Source of the DNA: Octopus vulgaris
Taxonomy: Eukaryota
DNA length: 64,000 nucleotides
Assembly: GCA_951406725.2 (NCBI GenBank)
Contig: OX597830.1
Coordinates: 71,920,001 to 71,984,000 of the forward strand
Reading direction: 5' to 3'
Shown here: positions 56,568-64,000 of the stretch, piece after piece
Numbering within the stretch: position 1 is the first letter of the stretch
Layout: the number at the start of each line of letters is the position of its first letter
Program-made: the position numbers and the translations under genes
The notes under the pieces: model-generated
Seen by the model: the letters and a program-made list of their open reading frames with translations, nothing else
The model's database searches: none
Told to the model about the DNA's origin: nothing

Positions 56568-56630
56568 ATTATTATTATTATTATTATTATTAAATATATT
56601 ATTATTATCATTATATATGTATATATATAT

Positions 56631-56735
<105 letters not shown>

Positions 56736-56763
56736 CATATATATATACATATACATACATATA

Positions 56764-56829
<66 letters not shown>

Positions 56830-57094
56830 TACTGTATGAGCTAAAGCTCCATACAGTTTATCATTTTTCTTTCAAGAATTCTGGTCAATCAGCCACTGTG
56901 CTTAGCAATGATATTTTCTAGGAAATGCTGAGCATGGGTGGTAGAAATTCATATAGACACCAGTATAAGTATCTAGTTACTACATAAGTTTCCCAATTAC
57001 AGTGGTTTGGAACTTAGCACTGGTCTCTCCAGATGCATTTGTATGCCTAGCAGCTAAGGTCATCAAGGGAACGGTTTATTGCATTCTGTTTCAG

Positions 57095-57597
57095 AAATAG
57101 TGTCTGTCTGGTAAGAAGCTTGCTTCCCAACCACATGGTTCCGGGTTCAGTCCCACTACGAGGCACGTAAGGAAAGTGTCTTCTGGCCACAGGATGACCA
57201 AAACACTGAATAGATCCGAACGAAAGAAACTGAAAGCGCTTCGTATATATGCATATACATATATACATACATGACCGCGTGTGTACCGTAGCGATTTCTT
57301 TTCCTCTGTCTTCCCTTCTCTGGATCTTTCCTTCTCCTGTTTCCGACGAAGAGCTCCGCTCGAAAAGTTAAACCCTCCTTTCCTGAGCGTCCAATAATAC
57401 TATATTTGTTCCACGTCCTCGCGTTGTTGTGTTTTTTGTGCTTTCTTGTTTGGATTAACTATTTATATATATATATACATATATGTATGTGTGTATATGT
57501 ATATATATGTATGTATACATATATATATATATATATATATGTGTGTATGTATATATATATATATATATGTATACATATATATATATGTATGTATATC

Positions 57598-57649
<52 letters not shown>

Positions 57650-57884
57650 CATACATGCACACAAAGCGTGGGTGCGCGGCTACGTGTGTCCATGTGTCAT
57701 TGTATGTGCCCCATCAGCGCTCGGCAACCGGTATTGATTACTTAAGTCACCGTCACTTAGCGGTTCAGCTAAGCTAAACAATAAAAAATGTACCAGTCCT
57801 AAAAGAAAAAAATTCCTTCGTCTAAAAGTTCTTCAAAGCGGTGCCTTAGTGTGGCCGCACACTAACGAATAATGAAAAGATAAA

Positions 57885-57890
<6 letters not shown>
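57095..57890 (+). mobile_element. SINE family C split at its internal microsatellite
   Basis: Head 57095-57260, 3' body ~57690-57890. Confidence 0.75.
57272..57461 (+). mobile_element. ~190-bp (TA)n-inserted element with hammerhead-like motif
   Basis: GTTT-CCGACGA-A-GAGC TCC GCTC-GAAAAGTT-AAAC at 57339-57373; downstream TTCCTGAGCG shared with the 35926 and 47389 elements. Confidence 0.7.
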
Positions 57891-57944
<54 letters not shown>

Positions 57945-58344
57945 GTTTGTATATATACTTACGTAGGAGATGTATGTGTGTGTAATTGACTGTTCTCAAA
58001 TAATATAATATAATTTTCTCATTGGTTCAGCCAGCGCGATCACTAATGTTGAATGAGGTCAACCGAACGAAACTGCCAGATATGAAAAAATAAGCTTGTT
58101 GTACACAAGACACAAGGACAGTATACAATATCTATATGCGTCTGTTAGAGTACATATATCAAAATAGATAAATTGATACACACATAATAACAATAAAAAC
58201 AACAACCGCAAGAGTAATAATAATATCATCGTTAATGATAATGAAAACTGTATTTGCCGCAAGACCTCAATACATGAAAGCAGCATTGCGAAAAGAGAGA
58301 AAAAAAAACGGTGCGGATTTTAAATTGATATATATATATATATA

Positions 58345-58381
<37 letters not shown>

Positions 58382-59689
58382 CTGTCTGTCTGTTTGTGTC
58401 TGTTTGTGTGCGTGTATCTCTCTATCTATCTATCTATCTATATATCTTTCTATCTATCTATCTATCTCTCTTTATATATATATATATACATACATACACA
58501 TATACGTATATATACAATAAATTTACATACATAAATATATATACAATATATATACATACATATGTATGTATATATACATATTTATATGTATATATATATA
58601 GATACATATATATATACACATATATATATATATATATATGTATATATGCATACATATATATATATATATATATATATGTGTGTATGTATGTATATATATT
58701 GTATATATACATATATTGTATATATATATATATATATATTATATACATGTATGAGTATGTAAATATGTATATACTTATACGTACATTAAATACATATACA
58801 AACATACATAAATGCATGCATGTATGTATATATATATATACATATATATATATACTCACACACATATGCATACATATATTCCTATACTGTATACGTATAC
58901 AAAAAAGGAGAAGAATGAAATTCAGAATCAGACGTCAACACCATCTGTTCTCCTCTAGTGCACAGGGTACTGGATCTATCTGTATATAACTGTGTAGGCT
59001 ATGTTGGGTCGGGGCAAGACGTGAAGGCAGGTAACTGCGGTTATTTCAATACAATATCATAATAAAAATAAAAATAATAATACCTATAAAATACTAAAGA
59101 AAGATGTTAAAACAGATACAGTGAGAGAGTGTTGGTTGCGTTTATGGGATTTTATGGCTGCAGATGGAGTGTATGGCGTGGAAATGTGCGGATTGGATTG
59201 GTAGTTTGGTAGAGAGTGATAGATATGTGCGGTTGGTAATATAGTAATATAAGTTTCGTGTGGGTGGGGCGAATTGTTTGTGTTACATTGGGGTGAGATA
59301 GGGAGAATTGGGGAAATCTGTGGGGGCTATAGTGCGGGTGGTGGATTGACGGCGATGGTGGTGTTAGTTGGAGAGATAAATCTAGGTGAATTGTTAAGAT
59401 TTTTATAATAAAAAATCTATAAACTTCAAAAGAATCTGTCTTTTGTCTGTTTGGACATCTGCATTTATATATACCAGAGGAGATGGTACGCGGTTAGAGA
59501 AATAAATATGTGCGTGTGTGCATGCATTTCTATGTATGTAAATATATATGTGCGTGTGTATGTGTGTGTGTGTATACATGAATATGTATATGTATATATA
59601 TATATATGATATATTCATAGATATATATATAGTATATACATATATATATAGAATAAATGAGAACATATATATATTATATATATAATACA

Positions 59690-59773
59690 AACGACTCTTT
59701 GGGCGAGTATCTTTTATAGTAACGGTGGGCCGACCAACGCCTTGTAATTGGAGTTGGTAGACGGAATACTTAC

Positions 59774-59847
<74 letters not shown>

Positions 59848-60085
59848 ATACATATATATGTGTTGAACTATGTGTGAGAGCTTCAGTGACTGTATACACC
59901 ACCGCCCACCCCCGAAACCGCTTTACAACCTGTGATGGTGCGCTTACGTCCCTGTAACTTAACGGTTCGGTTAAACTTAACAGTTAGGTTAGAAGTACTA
60001 GACTCAAGAGTATAAGGCCTGGAGGCGATCTGTTCGACTAAAACCCTTGAACGCAGTGCTCTAGCATGGCCGTAGTCAAGTGATC
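59690..60085 (+). mobile_element. SINE family C, diverged
   Basis: gggccgaccaacgccttg…cctgtaacttaacggttcgg…agcatggccgtagtcaa. Confidence 0.8.
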
Positions 60086-60166
60086 TATTTGCTTTGAACT
60101 TTTACTTGTTTCCAAAAATTCTTTGGGTGCATGCTGAGTAACCATATCGAAGGGTTTAGTTGAACA

Positions 60167-60212
<46 letters not shown>

Positions 60213-60213
<1 letters not shown>

Positions 60214-60395
60214 AATTAATCAATATAGGGTGGCAAAAAAAAATTTTGTAAAATTCTTTTGCCACCAGCGGCCTAGTGGGAAAAAAATTAAATAGTCATA
60301 AACCATTTTTAAGTTCAACATCACAATCAAGGAACGGCCACAATAGGCCATTCACCCATGGGTGAATGGCCTATTGTGGCCGTTCCTTGATTGTG

Positions 60396-60397
<2 letters not shown>
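60213..60397. mobile_element. (TA)n-flanked element ending in a perfect 78-bp palindrome
   Basis: 60320-60358 is the exact reverse complement of 60359-60397. Confidence 0.75.
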
Positions 60398-60426
<29 letters not shown>

Positions 60427-60799
60427 ACCATACTACGTGGGCTATTATTTGAATATGTTTTGAATGAAATGTATCGATAACTAGGACGAAAATAGCTAAT
60501 TCAAATTAGAATATAGAAGTACACAACATATATGCCCTCCAAGTAGAGTCTTCAGTTTCTAGGCCTGATATTTCTCAAAGAACTGGTGATATGCCGTCTT
60601 TATCGGATAATAAAGAAGGAATCGGAACAGAAAATACCGCTATTTAAGTAAACCGGTGCAATATGGCACTTCATACTAAAAATAACAAATGGAATGCAAA
60701 ATATCAAAATTTGTCTAATTGTAACTTTGCATATAATGTAATAAACAGAAAAATAACTTTTGCGGATATCCTGTTTGTTTATGTACATGAGGCTTATCT

Positions 60800-61680
60800 A
60801 CAGAATTCCATCTAATCGGCTGCTCACATCGTAAGAAGCTTGATAACTCTGATGTACTTATAAAATATTTATTATAGTGTTGGCATCTACAAATTATTTC
60901 TGTTTTGTTGTCTTACTTTTGGAGAGGAGCAGTTATATGCTTATTTATGAAGTGGAGCATATTGCTTGTAATTATTACTAAGTCTCTGGACGTGAATTTA
61001 TACTTAAATGGATGCTTTTGCTGTTGTTTTCGCACATTACAATTTTTATTCTGGGATATTTCGTGAGGGTGTCGCCTGAAGCTCTCTCTGGATCAGTCTA
61101 AAATTTTGTTCTTATGTATATTGAAGTAAGCTGGAATTATCTAGGAATTTGTTAATTACAATGACTTTAAAAATTACTTCATTTTACTTTATAGTTTTCC
61201 ATTGTATGCAACATTCACTAACATAATATTCTCCATAAATATTTATATACATTTGGTGAAGATTAGTACTGACAGTGGCATCGAAGTTTCGGCCTGCTAA
61301 GCCATCATCGGTCTATGATGCATTTGAGGTGATTTTGGCTATATATAGACTGTATTAGGTTAAAATTAGAAATGGTTAGCTGAGTTCCGTTGATTGATAA
61401 TGAGATTGCAACATATGTTGTGATGTCATGTATTATGCACATTTTTTCATTGATTAAACTTCGTGAAGTGCTATTGTTTAGAATTTTTGTCATACATGTG
61501 GGATTTTACAATCAGTTGAGTACATTTATGTGTATTATCTTCAGGTCAGAGTAGTTCATAAAATGAGATAAGAAGGTGATAAGCTTTAGTTTGTTTTCAA
61601 GCATGCATTCTGGTTTTCTCTCGTTTTCACTTACTTTTATTGGGAGGGTGCTGGTTATCACTTAACTGTGTCAGAGTGTT
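60800..61680 (-). mobile_element. Decayed Penelope-like element (partial tandem) with hammerhead-like motif
   Basis: Minus strand CCGATGA-T-GGC TTAGCAG GCC-GAAAC at 61311-61286; diverged direct repeat cttactttt..ggag.gg.gc.gttat at ~60912 and ~61630. Confidence 0.4.
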
Positions 61681-61852
61681 ACACATACATACATATATAT
61701 ATATATATATGTGTGTGATGTGTGTGTGTGTGTGTATGTATGTATATATACACAGATACATGCATACATGAAGATATATATATACATTTATATACATATA
61801 CATATGATTATATATATTTTTATATATTTTTATAAAAATGTTCCGTGAGAGG

Positions 61853-61973
<121 letters not shown>

Positions 61974-62689
61974 TATTATATACACGTCTGAGTGTCTGTG
62001 TGCATTTGTAGCTATGTCTGTATGCATGTAGACTTTAACGTCTTCCAGTTTATCTTAGGTCTTCTAATACCCGCCATATTGTGCTTAAATACTTATTAAT
62101 TATTTAATGACGCCACCAACAAAGGCTCAGCAAGCAAATTAGTCTAGCCATTACAGTTTGTTATTGCTGTAAGGATAGCTATTTGCTGTGTGTTCTATCC
62201 GTTGCCAGAGCAATGAGATGGTACTTGCTTTTTGATCAGCGGTACGCGAATCGTGAAATATGTCAGTGCACACATCCCACTTACACACTCAAACTACATA
62301 TACACAAAACATATACACAAACACACGCCCGTGCACACATATACAAATTTTCTTAATTATTTTCAAATCTCTCAATGTTACTAGAGGTTCAAACCCACAC
62401 GCATGTACATAAAAGGAAACTGATGCACGCAGTATTAAATACGCATTTACACACCCCACCCCAAATCTCTCTCCCTCCCTCTCTCTCTCACACACACACG
62501 CAAACACACACATACACAATGACTGACACGTACATGCGCACACACACATAAAATCATGCACATATATACAATCATACATACATGTATGTAATTCTCTTTC
62601 TTTACCTTCTCCAGCTTTCACCTCATAATCGATATATCTATTGTCACTATTTCTCACCTGAAACATCTACGCCCAAATCCGTGTGTCTG

Positions 62690-62746
<57 letters not shown>

Positions 62747-62771
62747 TGTATGTGTGTGTGTGTGTGTCTAA

Positions 62772-62822
<51 letters not shown>

Positions 62823-63207
62823 AACATACATACATACATACATACATACATACATACACATATGTATGTGTCATATGATAGTATTAGAATGTGTTTCCTT
62901 TGTAGTCTCTTCGTTATCCGTGGTTTCACAAATCACGTATGAGAAACCAGATCTGACCACTAAACATTCTATTCAACATTAACTATTTATATCAGATATA
63001 ATTTCGACTTTGCTAATAATGTTTTTATCTCTAATTCGTCGCATGTTTAATTAATCAACTACATATACATATTAAACATACATTTGTTTACCTGTGTTCA
63101 TAGCCCCACTTGCACCTATATATTTATATACCTCCATTGAGACTCTGTGTGGACCCATACGTGCGCTTATATATAGAGAGGATATGTTTATAGGCTCATA
63201 ATTTTCC

Positions 63208-63665
63208 AAGGCGGCGAGCTGGCAGAAACGTTAGCACGCCGGGCGAAATGCGTAGCCATATTTCGTCTGCCGTTACGTTCTGAGTTCAAATTCAGCCTAG
63301 GTCGACTTTGCCTTTCATCCTTTCGGGGTCGATAAATTAAGTACCAGTTACGCACTGGGTTCAATATAATCGACTTAATCCGTTTGTCTGTCCTTGTTTG
63401 TCCCCTCTGTGTTTAGCCCCTTGTGGGTAGTAAAGAAATACATATTTTTCCATATATAAATACAAGTCAATATAGTTTCATAATAAACGCTACTACAATT
63501 GTTAACACGCCGGACAAAGTGCTCAGCAGCATTTCCTCCATCTTTACGTTCTGAATTCAAATTCTGCCAAAATCGAGTTTGTCTTTCATCCCTGATAAGA
63601 TAAGTACTTAGTTGGGCACTGGAGTTGATGTAATCCATTTAGCCTCTACAAATATAGCAACTTTG
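63208..63665 (+). mobile_element. SINE family B, young copy plus diverged copy
   Basis: aaggcggcgagctggcagaaacgttagcacgccgggcgaaatg…. Confidence 0.9.
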
Positions 63666-63679
63666 TATGCATATATAAT

Positions 63680-64000
63680 ATTTTCTTCTCTAGGTACAAG
63701 GCCCGAAATTTTGGGGTTGCGGGATGGGGTCAGTAGATTAGATCGACCCCAGTATGCAACTGGTACTTAATTTATCAACCCCGAAAGGATGAAAGGCAAT
63801 GTTAATCTCGGCGAAATTTGAACTCTGAACATAAAGACAGACGAAATACCTATTTCTTTACTACCCACAAGGGGCTAAGCACAGAAAGGACAAACAAGGA
63901 GAGACAAACGGATTAACTTGATTATATCGACCTCAGTGCGCAACTGGTACATATTTAATCGACACAGGGAGGATGAAAGGCAAAGTCGACCTCGGCGGAA
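63680..64000 (-). mobile_element. SINE family B dimer, runs off the window end
   Basis: Reverse complement of the family B consensus. Confidence 0.9.

Overview
AT-rich, extremely microsatellite-dense animal DNA. The SINE families, compound (TA)/(TG)/(TATC)/(AAT) tracts and LINE spectrum suggest an octopus (coleoid cephalopod) genome; this is inference from recognised repeats, not a database hit. I can support no intact host protein-coding gene, and almost all ORFs in the track are microsatellite translations. The window holds four tRNA-type SINE families in many copies and decayed LINEs: L1/Tx1 at ~13.1-16.6 kb, RTE at ~19.3-22.1 kb, two R4/Dong-like RLE elements and a possible HERO/NeSL element. 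It also has two clear mariner remnants, a hAT-like MITE, a tRNA-Gly fragment, and a candidate promoter with two non-coding exons at ~40.5-43.4 kb. The most unusual signal is a population of short non-coding elements in or beside (TA)n tracts. They carry minimal hammerhead-ribozyme-like motifs with non-canonical cores, or end in long fold-back palindromes, including a perfect loopless 78-bp one. This fits Penelope-like retroelement or retrozyme-type mobility. Three local inverted duplications 2-4 kb apart add long-range dsRNA potential. Coordinates of decayed repeats are approximate.
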